This document shows, in pieces, positions 49,164 through 62,703 of a stretch of DNA of 64,000 nucleotides. Source of the stretch: Octopus sinensis (Eukaryota). Made by a program: the position numbers and the translations under genes. Under the pieces are notes generated by a model. It saw only the letters and a list, made by a program, of their open reading frames with translations, had not been told where the DNA came from and made no database searches. Positions within the stretch are counted from its first letter, which is position 1. Every line of letters begins with the position of its first letter. Location: NCBI RefSeq assembly GCF_006345805.1, contig NC_043013.1, forward strand, positions 9,362,001 through 9,426,000. Direction: 5' to 3'.

Positions 49164-49877
49164 CAGGTGGAAATGATGCTATCCTCAAACCGGAAACCTG
49201 GTCTGAGTAATGCTTGCGATAGAGGGGATTTCGCTAATAGTACCCGAGATAGTTGAGTCCAGTGACGCAGCTAGTGTGTACCGTCCGGGACGTGAATCTT
49301 TTTTCCCACGAGTGTTCTAGACCCCCAGTAATGAGCTTATTTGCATGCAGCCAATCAGAGCTCACCTTGACCTTGTTTTCAAGTTAACAAACACACTCTA
49401 CCAAGTAAACTCAAAACGAAAAACGGTGCTGTAAATCGGACGATCGCCAAGTTATGCCTGATTTCAGAAGGAAAGAAGTAATTAGATAGATTTGCATCTA
49501 TACCTATTATCGGATTTTGTTAGGGCCTCATATGGTAAAGATGTGGATGGGGAAAATGTGGGTTGAGGGTGATGTGCTAGCAACCCTTTCCTCTTACTGT
49601 TTTACAAAGTAAACAACAACAAAAAATAACTATGCAGAGGCAGCCAAGGTTGAAACAAGAACAAGAACAACAAGCATTCTTAAAAGAGAAAAGAAGCATG
49701 GCCATTCCTTACCCAAGTGACCTTTTCTTATCGCCCATCATTTGTTATGCGCTCATAAATTAGTTTGATAGTTGAGCTCTGAATCGCTATATGCAAACGA
49801 GTTCATAACTGGGGTCCGGAACTCTCGTGGGAAAACATTTCGCACCCGGGACAGCCCTTGAGTTTGCATCCCACCTG
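49164..49877. mobile_element. Non-autonomous DNA element with outer short and inner long imperfect inverted repeats
   Basis: Outer caggtgg...atgc...ctcaa / ttgag...gcat...ccacctg. Inner arms of about 85 bp at 49281-49365 and 49772-49854. Confidence 0.6.
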
Positions 49878-50308
49878 TCATCAGTCTCAGAGGCTTTCTA
49901 AAGGGGTTACAGACATTGCTTTATTTCCTGATTAAAAGAAAAAAAAAATCATTGGCTTTGATACTTTATGTTGTTGTTGCTGTTTAGCTCCAGGTCAACC
50001 TCAAGACTCCATTAATATGCATGCTACGTATCATGGTGATATTCTGGTGACCTGATATGTAACCACTCTCTTTATTTGCATTGATTCGTGGATATACAAT
50101 TATATTGTATAATGCGTAGCATGCATATTAATGCAAACACGTAAACATAATTTATTCTACTCTAAAATTATTACTATATGAAGAAGGCTGCGAAACGGCT
50201 GTAATCCCCTAAAGATATCAAGTGGCTAAATAAATATATTCATGGCTAAATAAATATATTCACCTCTCACAGCGCTTGAATTATTATGCTCTCTCTCTCT
50301 ATATATAT

Positions 50309-50367
<59 letters not shown>

Positions 50368-51478
50368 CACGCACACAGACACACTGATGCACTCATGCAC
50401 TCTGTATTTAAATCTACGTTCCTCTACACTCCAAGTATACACAGACACAGATATATAATGCTACCTGCTACCCAGACACCTTGCGGTTATGTCAAAGTAC
50501 CAACCAATATTTTTTTTCAGAGTCTGTTTAAAGAATCCTAAAAATTGCATAAAACGATAAACATAAAAATAAGCCAAAAAAAAAAAAAAGAAAAACAGCT
50601 AATTTGCTCACAAATCTATATTGAAGTATAAGAGAGGTGCTAGTTTAAACGATTTCTTTTTCTCCTCTTTATTAATAATTTTTGTAGGTGTGTGTGTGTG
50701 TGTGTGTGTGTGTGACATATGTTTGTGTGGTAATCTAAGTGTGAGTGTGTGTGAATATGAGTGGGTGTATATATAAATGTGTGTGACATGGTTTAAGGGT
50801 GTTGTGTTGTTTGAAATCTTTAATACGAAAGACGATTTTTTTTTATCCGTGGTGTCTTTTCTTTCAACGTTGGCAATAAAAAAAAAATAGGAGAGGAAAT
50901 AAAAGAGAAGTTAATTGATAAATGAATGGCTAAAGATGGGTCGAATAAATCCATTCAGCCAAGCCAAACATGTCACTCTCACCTTTTATTTTTCATTTTA
51001 TGTTTCGATATGCGCTTTTGAGAGCTGAGACGGTGAGACGTAGCAAGAATAAAACAATACTGCGGCTATGGTGTCAATATATACACATGTAACTGATATC
51101 TCCTTTTTTTTTATCATCCTTTATCAAAACTTACACTGTCTCTAAATGCGACCGATCAACTAAGCAACCAATTACTTTAGCCACCTATATTGAAGATATG
51201 AAGTCGAAACTAATAAAGAGAGAGAGAGAGAGAATTTTTTTTCGTTGGTAAATAATTTTGTTAAGCAGAGGGCTTATGGTCGTTTTACCGACTGGAAATT
51301 GTTAGGAGTGGTTGTGTGGTAAAGTAGCTTGCTTACGAACCACATGGTTCCGGGTTCAGTCACACTGCGAGGCACCCTGGGCAAGTGTCTTCTACTATAG
51401 CCTCGGGCCGACCAAAGCCTTGTGAATGGATTTGGTAGACGGAAACTGAAAGAGGCCCGTCGTATATATGTATGGCTG

Positions 51479-51547
<69 letters not shown>

Positions 51548-52281
51548 GTATATGTTTGTGTGTCTGTGTTCCCTCCCCCCAACATCGCTTGACAACCGAT
51601 GCTTGTGTGTTTACGTCCCCTGTTTGAAGTATGATCTCTCCTCTGATCAGTACCTAACCTGGAAAATCTTGGCGTACTTCACGCAAGTGATCTTGTTTGA
51701 TCCTTGTTTGCTCTGCTAAGGCCTGGGAACACTGTTCACAGTGAGAAGGGTTTATCCTTACAGTTGAGAGACTCTCTTATTACAAGAGATGAACCGCTCT
51801 CATCACCGGAGAGGGGCGCATTATCACTTGAGATTGGTTCTCTTTCATAGGAGGTGGCTTCCTCGTCTCTGGAGAGCCTCTCTTCTTTCCGGATGGTGTA
51901 CTTAACTTCGTACATTTTTTATTGCTTTTTATTGCTTTTTAATTTTTTAAAAGATCTACTGATCCCCTTCAACCTTGCAAGAGGATAAAGTGGGACTGAT
52001 GTGAAGATTAGATTCTTGTTATTGTCACTGTTGGTGGCTCGGTTTCCACTGGTTGTAGTTGAGAGAAGCAGATCTTGGGCCTCTTGTTTTGCTCCTAGCA
52101 ATGGGGATGGACTAATTGTTTCGGCGACCCCAGAATCATTCCACGTGCTGCCTAATGCTGCAGTATCACATTAGGTCAAGCAACCTTCGTGATTCATTGC
52201 TGCTGTTGTTGCTTTCATTCTAAAAAAAAACAAAAACTTCTGGGTAGTAAATCTTTAATTGACCTTTACATATGGATGGAA

Positions 52282-52638
52282 AAACTCCGTCGGTTACGAC
52301 GACGAGGGTTCCGGTTGATCCGAATCAACGGAACAGCCTGACGTGAAATTAACGTGTAAGTGGCTGAGCACTCCACAGACACGTGTACCCTTAACGTAGT
52401 TCTCGGGGATATTCAGCGTAACACAGAGAGCGACAAGGCCGGCCCTTTGAAATACAGGTACAACAGAAACAGGAAGTAAGAGTGAGAGAAAGTTGTAGTG
52501 AAAGAGTACAGTAGGGATCACCACCATCCCTGCCGGAGACTCGTGGAGCTTTAGGTGTTTTCGCTCAATAAACACTCACAACGCCCGGTCTGAGAATCGA
52601 AACCGCGATCTTATGACCGCGAGTCCGCTGCCCTAACC
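52282..52638 (-). mobile_element. SINE family D (tRNA-derived)
   Basis: Minus strand reads ggaggcgcaatggcccagtggttagggcagcggactc...ggtttcgattc (A and B boxes). Shares head and body with 38922-39230. Confidence 0.8.
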
Positions 52639-53521
52639 ACTGGGCCATTGCGCCTCCGACCTTTACATACACACGAGTAACAACTGAGTTTTTTTTTGCC
52701 TTGGATGTCCAGTTTGAAGCTTTCCTTTCACCATACATTACAGGGTACAACTCTCGAACTGCTTTGTGTTCTTGCGGACTCAAGCGGTCTTGTATGTCCA
52801 CTGTGATCTCTTCCATTCACCTATCACCATGAACCAGAGATTGTTAAACTATATGCCACTATCCTTTAGTCTTTTCAGTGAAATATTTCATGTCTAGAGT
52901 TTTCATGTTTGACAAAGTATTCTCGCGAATTGTTGGCAGAAACGTCTGTAATTTTATAGTTTATAGTTGAAGCGGTATAATAATTATTTTCCCCCCATTT
53001 CCCCTAAATTTACATGATCAATATCATTCATTTCAGCTTTTGTTTTACGTTATTATTTTATCATCATTTTTTATTTTTGTTCGACAATATTCTTTCGGGG
53101 TGATGGGGTCGTGGGGTGGACGGTGCCCAAGTATTAGGCGCCATGTTTGACTGGAATATTTTATTGTGTGAGAAAAATTAACTTATGTTGTCATATTCCG
53201 GTCAGACTTCTAATAAAAGTTTATTAGGTCTTCATTTGTTTTATAAAAAACCATGACCGTTAATTAGTCGGTGAAATGGAGTGGGGTGAGGCTTGTTCTT
53301 CCCCTTACATTTTGCTTGCCTTATTTGACATTGTAGTATTTCTCTTTGGCTTCTTTTTTCCCTTTGCTCTTCTCGATGGGTCCAGTAACCTGGGTACTGC
53401 TACTGATAATGTCTAGGGGAAAGGGTCATGGATCTTATTCATGGTCGGTTCCTGGAACTGAAGACAGGGTGATCTTAATCTGCCACTACTGTGCTGTTAA
53501 AGTTACGGTAAGTGAAGGATC

Positions 53522-53757
53522 TAAGGCGGCGAGCTGGCAGAATCGTTAGAACGCTGGGCGAAATGCGTAGCCGTATTTCGTCTGCCGTTATGTTCTGAGT
53601 TCAAATTCCGCCGAGGTCAACTTTGCCTTTCATCCTTTCGGGGTCGATAGATTAAGTACCAGTTACGCACTGGGGTCGATGTAATCGACTTAATCCGTTT
53701 GTCTGTCCTTTTTTGTCCCTTCTGTGTTTAGCCCCTTGTGGGTAGTAAAGAAATAGG
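53522..53757 (+). mobile_element. SINE family B (tRNA-like head plus Nin/Deu-domain-like body)
   Basis: aaggcggcgagctggcagaatcgttag head, B-box gagttcaaattcc, body ctttgcctttcatcctttcggggtcgat. Other copies at 16040-16455 (-), 21745-21990 (+), 33335-33565 (-), 42262-42720 (+, internally duplicated), 55005-55207 (-), 56470-56670 (-) and 61120-61310 (-). Confidence 0.8.
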
Positions 53758-54402
53758 TAAGTGAAGGATCAACATAGAACCAATGTCCCTACCCGAGCCC
53801 CTTATACAAAGGTTGCTTCATATGTTGCATCAATATCCCGATGAGGGTGGAGAAGGACTGGTTCTGAAATCAGACGTAAATGAAAACATGCATATGCCTA
53901 GCTCCAGTCAATGAAAACCACCTCACTCCACATATAAGCAGCATCTTTGAAGGCATATAAGAAAGCCAAACCACTTTTCGAGAAGCAGAAATATGTAACT
54001 ACTTTCGTTGCATTTTCATCAATAAATTCAACAGGTAAAGAGGTAGAAGTGTTCATGACATTCTAAATTCCCTTATCTACGGAGAGCTGACTCGAATTCA
54101 GAATTTCTTTCTGGCTCCCAACCAATGCTATTTTTGCTACTGTCAATGTTGTGCAACTTTGGGATATAACAAGCGAATCTATTTATATTATAAACGTTTG
54201 TGTTTTTCTGCATAATTTCGAAATATTAATGGCTACGTTTATACTTATGATTGCATCTATTTATCTTATTGTCTTATTTGCCATTATTCATTTTCTCTAT
54301 TTGTTCATATTTTCACATATGGTGTTTTTATTTCCACTAGTTTCACCAAACTTTCCATCGAAAATCCTGAGGTCTATACATAAATTCCACGCCCGCACCT
54401 AT

Positions 54403-54822
54403 TACTCTTTTACTCTTTTACTTGTTTCAATCATTTGACTCCGGCCATGCTGGAGCACCGCCATTAGTCGAGCAAATCCACCCCAGGACTTATTCTTTTG
54501 TAAGCCTAGTACTTATTCTATCGGTTTCTTTTACCGAACCGCTAAGTTACGGGGACGTAAACACACCATCATCAATTGTCAAGCGATGTTGAGGGGACAA
54601 ACACAGACACACAAACATATACAACCATATACAACCATACATATATACATATACATATATACGACGGGCTTCCTTCAGTTTCTGTCTACCAAATCCACTC
54701 ACAAGGCTTTGGTCGGCCCGTGGTTATAGTTGAAGACACTTGCCCAAGGTGCCACGCAGTGGGAATGAACCCGGAACCATGTGATTGGTAAGCAAGCTAC
54801 TTACCACACAGCCACCCCTGCG
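54403..54822 (-). mobile_element. tRNA-derived SINE family A
   Basis: Reverse complement of the family A sequence, near full length. Confidence 0.85.
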
Positions 54823-54843
54823 CTGCGCCTATATATATGTATG

Positions 54844-54887
<44 letters not shown>

Positions 54888-54912
54888 TATATATATATAT
54901 ATATATATATAT

Positions 54913-54975
<63 letters not shown>

Positions 54976-55220
54976 ATATGTTTAACAATAATAATCATTT
55001 CTACTATAGGCACAAGATCTGAAATTTTGTGGGTGAGGATAAGTCGATTATATCGATCCCGGTAGTCAGCTGATACTGAATTAATCGATCCTGAAAGGAT
55101 GAAAGACAAAGCCGACCTCGGTGGAATTTGAATTCGGAATGTGAAGACCGACGAAATGCCGCACAGCATTTTGCCCGGCATGTTGACGATTCTCCCAGCT
55201 TGCCGCCTTTCGCTGCCATA

Positions 55221-56464
55221 TATCAGGTTGAGTAAAAAGTAAGCAACGCTTTGAACCATGACGGATTTGTACCTGATTTTTGCTGTTTTTAATAAATTTT
55301 TTTTGAAATTGTCTGATAATACAGACATAGACTTGCTCAAATGAATCAATAAATTAACATCGATATTTTTTTCCACCGTTGTTATAATCATCTGAAATGG
55401 AATTGTCAAAGTATGATATTTGAGAAATTTTGCTATTCGACTTCAAAAAAGGACGTAAAGCAGCTGAAACTGCTCGCGACATCAACAAAATATTTGGTGA
55501 AGAAATGACCAGTGAGTGGTCAGCTAGAAATTGGTTTAAACGATTTCGCAGTGGAAACCCGTGCCTTGAAGTGGACGTCCATATGTCATCGATGATGCTC
55601 AATTAAAGACCGTCATTGAGAAAGATCCACATAAAACCACACGAGAACTGACAAAACATCTTCAAGTTAGCCAGAAAACTGCCTGCAACCATTTGCATGC
55701 GATTAGAAAATCAAAAATGCTCGACAAATGGATACTACACGAGTTGAATGAAATTCATAAAATGTGCAGATATCAAACTTGCCCCTCGCTTCTTCTCCGT
55801 AACTAGATCGATCCATTTCTCGACCGTAGTGTAACTTGCGATGAAAAGTGGATTTTGCACAATAATAAACGTTCTACGCAGTGGTTGGACCAAAATGAAG
55901 CGCAAAAAATCTTCCCTAAACCTGAGAAGGTTATGGTGACTGTTTGGTGGTGTACTGTTGTACTCATCCACTATAACTTCTTAAAACCCGGAAAATCATT
56001 ACTGCAGAAACATATTGCCAAAATGAATGAAAAGCTGCTACTTCTCCATCTCAGACTGGTCAACAGAAAAGGGCCAATCATCATTCTTCATGAGAATGCT
56101 CAACCACACGTTTCACTAATGACGTTCCAGAAGTTGAGGGAACTTGGCTACGAAGTTCTTCCCCAACCAGCTTATTCCCCAGACCTTTCTCCTACCGACT
56201 ACCACTTTTTCAAGCACCTTGGTGGTTTCCCGCGAGAGAAGGAGTTAAAAAAGCAAACCGATGCTGAAAGTGCGTTCAAAGAGTTCATCATCTCCAGAGC
56301 TCCAGATTTTTATGCTACCAGAATGAGCAAACTTGTAACTCATCGACAAAAATGTGTTGATTGTAATGGTACTTACTTTGATGAATAAAATTTCCGCATT
56401 GTTAAAATATATTGTGATGAATTTCATGTTTCAAAACGTTGCTTATTTTTTACTCAGCCTGATA
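55221..56464 (+). mobile_element. Full-length degenerate mariner transposon (1244 bp)
   Basis: TIRs TATCAGGTTGAGTAAAAAGTAAGCAACG / CGTTGCTTATTTTTTACTCAGCCTGATA, with TA on both flanks. Confidence 0.93.
55397..56388 (+). pseudogene. Mariner transposase pseudogene (DD34D type)
   Basis: [30 protein letters not shown]...WFKRFRSG; VTCDEKW; LHENAQPH; YSPDLSPTDYHFF. Contains an early stop and frameshifts. Confidence 0.9.
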
Positions 56465-56948
56465 TAATCCTCTCTACACAAGGTTTGAAATATTGGGGAA
56501 GGTATTAGTTGATTACATCGATCTCAGCACTTGACACGTGCTTATCTTATTGATCCCGTGAGGATGAAAGTCAAAGTCGACCTCGGCGGAATTTGAACTC
56601 AGAACGTAAAGATGAATGAAATGGCGCCGATTATTTTGTCCGGCATGCAATTCTGCCAGCTCGCCGCTATAAATAATGGTGATCATCATTTTCTTTCTTT
56701 TATCTTCTGTTCTATATCATTCCTTTGAGATAAATAATAATCCACAACAACCCTGCTATAAAATTACAACGCTTGAATTTCAGTCCAATCTACAACTCTG
56801 CTATAAAATTACAACGCTTGAATTTCAGTCCAATCTACAACTGTCCCTAATGCCTTTTCTTAACTTCATTTGTTATCTTCTTCACAAATCTCACCCTACA
56901 TACATACATACATACATACATACATACATACATACATACACTCACACA

Positions 56949-57617
56949 TATTGGGTCGTCCCATAAATAATGCGGTTTTTCAATTGCATGAACTAAAAGT
57001 TGTAGGGGGACAGGATAAACTATCTGCATCAACTTGCTATAAAAGCAGGTAGTAATTTTAATCTTGGCTTATTCTTAGTGCAACCTTTGAAGAGTGCAGT
57101 TCGATTTTAACAATTATTTTTTCAAAGCTATAATGGAAGTGGCAAAGGAGCATACTCAACATCTTTTGTTTTATGAGTTCAATAAAGGCAAAAATGCAAC
57201 GGAAAGTGCGAGGAATATTAATGCAGTATATGGGGATCAAGCAAAAAGCGCAAGCCAGTGTCAATGGTGGTTCCAGAAATTCCGAGCCGGAAACTACAGC
57301 CTAGAAGACGAGCCTCGCCCTGGAAGGACGTCCTGCGAACTCTGGTGGAACAAAATCCCATCGTAGCTGTTGAGGAACTAGCAGAGAAGCTTGGATTTGG
57401 TTATTCAACCAGTCATCAAAGTCAGCGCTAGAAGAAAATCTTCCATCTTTGGTTTCAAGACGAAAGGTGTTTTTCCATCAGGATAATACAGCAAGGTTGA
57501 CATTCCAAAGGCTGGAGCAGTTTGAATGGGAAACGATGCCCCACCCACCATATTCGCCGGACATTGCCCCATCTGATTATCATTTATTCTCCAGTCTTCA
57601 AAATTGGGATGACCCAA

Positions 57618-57619
<2 letters not shown>
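56949..57619 (+). mobile_element. Internally deleted mariner element
   Basis: Termini TATTGGGTCGTCCCA / TGGGATGACCCAATA. Peptides LLFYEFNKGKNATESARNINAVYG...WFQKFRAGNYSLEDEPRPGR and HPPYSPDIAPSDYHLF. Confidence 0.9.
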
Positions 57620-57665
<46 letters not shown>

Positions 57666-57677
57666 TATACACACATA

Positions 57678-57896
57678 CAGTAATTCCTCACTATTACGGG
57701 TGTTACGTTCCAAAACACCCCGCGATAAGTGAAAATCCGCGAAGTAAAAACAGTACTGTACTGCATATTTTTAAAAATTATGCTTATAATTTGCATATAT
57801 TAATTTTATTATGAATGCAAAACAGCACCACGCAGGAATCGACGTAAGCTTAGATAATAAACCGCGATAAGTGAACCGCAATATGATGAGGGATTA

Positions 57897-57899
<3 letters not shown>
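57678..57899. mobile_element. Tigger/pogo-type MITE
   Basis: TA-CAGTAATTCCTCA...TGAGGGATTACTG-TA, with internal repeated ccgcgataagtga motifs. Confidence 0.75.
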
Positions 57900-57962
<63 letters not shown>

Positions 57963-58178
57963 ACTAAATATGACAACAATATTTTTTATTTCCAATATTT
58001 TCTTATTCCATAATTTTTGACTTTCAGTTCTTAATATTTGATAAGACGAAACCAGAAATATTTTATTAAAAAGTTATTCAATGTAACAAATATAAAACAA
58101 ACTTCAAACATACTTTTGTAATTTTCGCTATTTTTTAACCACAACTTTTTATTTCCGTGGATTCTTAATCTCCTTTTC

Positions 58179-58238
<60 letters not shown>

Positions 58239-58250
58239 ATATATATATAT

Positions 58251-58303
<53 letters not shown>

Positions 58304-58966
58304 TAATAAATAAAATAAAACATATGCATATATATATATAAACATATATGTACGTACCTACCTCTACATGTACATATACACGCATATATGAGTACAGGAC
58401 ACCAAAAGGACGTCGAACACAATGAGAAACGAAAACATAGACACAAACCAAAGGAACTGGACATTTTTTTAAACAAGAAAAAAATAGAGTACAGGACAAT
58501 TAACACACACATACATATATATATTTAATATGTACGATTAAACGGATGTGGTTTAATTAAAATTAAGAATAAGTACAATAAAGCTATATCGTAGCCGTTA
58601 CTTATAAACCTCGAGTTACTTTTTGCGCTTCTCATTAAAATAGGCGTAATATTTTCTGGCAAGTGGCTTTTGTTTGAGTCACATTCAACCATTTTCCAAC
58701 TCCTGAAGAGCTTCACAGTAAAACTTTGGGAAGTACACACACTATCTTTGTTTTCGCATTTATGAAATTTCGGTGAAAACTCGAGTCGTGTTAATATCGA
58801 AAGGTTTTTATGTCTCAAGAAATCAGTTACTTAAAAGAATTGCTATACAAAATACTAAAATAACTTGCTTTTGATAAAACAACAGCAACAGCTACAAAAA
58901 AAAAACAAGAAAAAACAACAGCCTAAAACAACAACAAAAATCGCAACAAAATATAACTATAATAAT

Positions 58967-59025
<59 letters not shown>

Positions 59026-59421
59026 TAATAATAATAATAATAATGATAATAATAATAATAATAAAAGAGTAGTTTATGAAGAAAAAAAATTGTTTTCAGT
59101 GATTCAGTCGTTGCTTTATTTCACTTTGTTTTGTGAGTTAATCTATTGTTTATAGATTAAATGAAGGGTAGATGTGATTTCAAAAGAACAATACTTTGTA
59201 CCGAATGACCTCTCGCAGAGCTTTCCCTAACAAATCTACTATGGCGCCAAGCTTACACCACACACTACACACGAATGTGTACCGTATTCCCACAACGCAT
59301 AAGGGAACATTTTTTCCTGAGAGAAACTGCTCTTCATTGTGTCTTAAAGCAAAACAAAAAACATGAAAACACAAAAACAAAAGCAAAAAACAAAAACGAA
59401 AAGCTCAAGAAATATATATGC

Positions 59422-59458
<37 letters not shown>

Positions 59459-59669
59459 CGTGTGTGTATGTATATATATATATATTATATGTTGAAAACA
59501 AAACAACAATTGGCTTTCATAAAGTTTTATTTTTTTTCCTTTTATTTGTTGTTGTCAATATGAAAAGAAAAGATTTATTAAAACGTATTAACCTTGTTAA
59601 ATTTCCGAAAAAGTTACGTGTCATCGCAAGAGTAACATTTTACCGTTCTTTCAATAAATTCATATTAAA

Positions 59670-59806
59670 CGATAATTACGATATTGTTTCATACAATTAA
59701 TTGGCCCTAACAATTTCTTTTCTTCAGATTTTTATTAAAAAAAAAGGGATTATAATATATAATATAATATATAATATATATATATATATAGATATATATA
59801 TATATA

Positions 59807-59864
<58 letters not shown>

Positions 59865-60099
59865 ATACATATATACACCATATACATCTTTGATATAAGA
59901 TTTTAGAAGAATAATTTGAGACTAAAAGAACAATTTTTCTCTTCAAAATTAGCCTGGAATGTCTTATATCTTTATAGTAAAATGTAAGTTTTTAATTATG
60001 CGTATTTACACACACATAATATTACGATATTCTTTCATACAATTAATTTTGGCCATAACAAATTCTTTTCTCCATATATCATTAATAAAAAAAAAGGAT

Positions 60100-60155
<56 letters not shown>

Positions 60156-60377
60156 AACATATAACATCTTTGATATAAGATTTTAGAAGAATAATTTGAG
60201 ACAAAAGAACAATTTTTCTCTTCAAAATTACCTGGAATGTTTTTATCATTTATAGTAAAATAGTAGTTTATTAGTGTGTATTTACACACACATAATTACG
60301 ATATTGTTTCATACAATTAATTTTGGCCATAACAAATATTTTTCTCCATATATTACTAATAAAAAAAGGGATTTATA

Positions 60378-60412
<35 letters not shown>

Positions 60413-60545
60413 TATCTTTGATATAAGACTTTATAGGAATTAATTTGAGACTAAAAGAACAATTTTTCTCTTCGAAATTAACCTGGAATGTCTTATATTA
60501 TTTATACTAAAATGGTAGTTTATTAGTGCGTATTTACACATACAC
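59670..60545. repeat. Three tandem copies of a 250-350 bp unit interrupted by (TA)n
   Basis: Repeated attacgatatt.tttcatacaattaa...ctttgatataaga...atttgagactaaaagaacaatttttctcttc...cctggaatg blocks differing by small indels. Confidence 0.85.
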
Positions 60546-60645
60546 ACATATGTGTATGTGTATATATATTACATAATATATAAATATATGTATATATATA
60601 CACACACGTATAGTACACATTATATATATATATATATATATAATA

Positions 60646-60699
<54 letters not shown>

Positions 60700-61585
60700 A
60701 GAACATTATAAGTGTGAATTACCAAATACCATGGAATAATTAAAAGAACCGCATGAATATAATTCTATATTAAGTGACCACAAAATATTTTATTAGTTCG
60801 CACAGGTAATACATCTCAAGGTATCTTAAATATCTGGAAGCAAACGCAAATAGTACAAAGAACAGAAAAGGCACCACCACCACCACCACCAACACCAACA
60901 ACAACAACAACAACAAGGACATTTATGAGGCCCTAACTATTGCAGCGGTTCTCTACCGGCGTCCATATGAATTTTGGGACTCGAGCCATATGCCCCCTAG
61001 GGGTTCATATAAGATTTTGTATTAAAATTTATGTACAATAAATTGGTTGTACTTCTATACAATACACAAAAGTTTTAAACAATTTTGTTTATATAATTCT
61101 TGATAATATTTAATTATTGTTTCTACTAAAGGCACATGGCCAGAAATTTTGTGGGAAGAGAGCAATTAATTACATCAATCGCAGTACTGGACTGATACTT
61201 AATTTATTGACTCCGAAAGGATGAAAGGCAAAGTCGACTTCGGTGGAATTTGAACTCTGAAAGTGCAGACGGACAAAATGCCGCTAAGCACTTTGTCCCG
61301 CTTGCCGTCTTTCAGTAATATTTAATAATAAAAATATAAGGATTTTAAAATATCGAATGGTTATGAGGATTGACACGAGTCAAAGGCGGTCTATAGGTAA
61401 AAAAAATAATAATTAAAAAGTGGTTGTGAAACAATGCTCTATTGTTAAGGATGTGGTACAGACGAATCCAAAGATGAGGCTTTAGGAGATGTAAGAGAGC
61501 TGATAATAAAGATTCTCCATATATTTTGACAGTCATTTCAAATGACTAAAATAAGTAAAAGAATAAAAGAATATATATATATATA

Positions 61586-61985
61586 TACTCTTTTACTCTT
61601 TTACTTGTTTCAGTCATTTGACTGTGGCCATGCTGGAGCACCGCCTTCAATCAAGCAACTCGATCCCGGGACTTATTCTTTTGTAAGCCCAGTACTCATT
61701 CTATCGGTCTCTTTTGTCGAACCGCTAAGTAACGGGGACATAAAACACACCAGCATCGGTTGTCATGCAATGCTAGGGGGACAAACACAGACACACACAA
61801 ACACATACATGCATATATATACATATATATGACGGGCTCTTTTCAGTTTCCGTCTACCAAATCCACTCAAAAGGCTTTGGTCGGCCCGAGGCTATAGTAG
61901 AAGACACTTGCCCAAGGTGCCACGCAGTGGGACTGAACCCGGGACCATGTGGTTGGTAAACAAGCTACTTACCACACAGCCACTT
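61586..61985 (-). mobile_element. tRNA-derived SINE family A
   Basis: Reverse complement of the family A sequence, near full length. Confidence 0.85.
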
Positions 61986-62250
61986 ATGCATGTGTGTGTA
62001 TGTGTGCGTATACACACACACACACACAAAGATACAGGGATATACATGCTCGTACACACGTAATCGTACAGGAGTTTTTGAAAATCTTGTAACATATATA
62101 CATCTTGTTCAATAGCAGTGACAGATATTAATCTAAAATGTATAAAGGTTAATGGATGTATATATGCATGCATGTATATATGCGCATATATATGTTTGCA
62201 TGTATGTGTATATGTATGTATATAAGTAAGTATATGTATTGTACGTATGC

Positions 62251-62290
<40 letters not shown>

Positions 62291-62296
<6 letters not shown>

Positions 62297-62474
62297 GTAA
62301 AAAGTGAAAAAACTACAGAAGGCTTGTTTTAAAAGGTTAAAAATATTATTTGAGTTAATATGTCTGAAGAATGTTATCAATGATAACATTCTTCAGACAT
62401 ATTAACTCAAATATATATTTTTTAACTTTAAATTTTAAACAAGCCTTCTGTAGTTTTTTCACTTTTACTATTTT
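62291..62474. repeat. Near-perfect palindrome centred at 62380, adjacent to (TA)n
   Basis: ...gtctgaagaatgttatca-a-tgataacattcttcagac...; arms about 90 bp with small indels. Confidence 0.85.
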
Positions 62475-62631
62475 CTATATATTCAACCACGTGCTTTCAC
62501 AAACCAACTTTCTCATCTATATATATATATATATATATTTTATTTTTGTTGGTTTAATTATATAATTGAAAGAAAGAGAAGAAAAATGTTTTTAAAAACA
62601 AAAAAAAACTCCAGCCCCTCCACAAGCTATG

Positions 62632-62662
<31 letters not shown>

Positions 62663-62672
62663 TATATATATC

Positions 62673-62703
<31 letters not shown>

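Noticed and set aside
53900-54060. 52-aa minus-strand ORF (MNTSTSLPVEF...)
   Set aside because: Short, no recognisable domain or splice support; may be a decayed retroelement.
54801-55409. Longest supplied ORF (202 aa, minus strand)
   Set aside because: Crosses a mariner end, a SINE and a (TA)n tract; no coherent protein.
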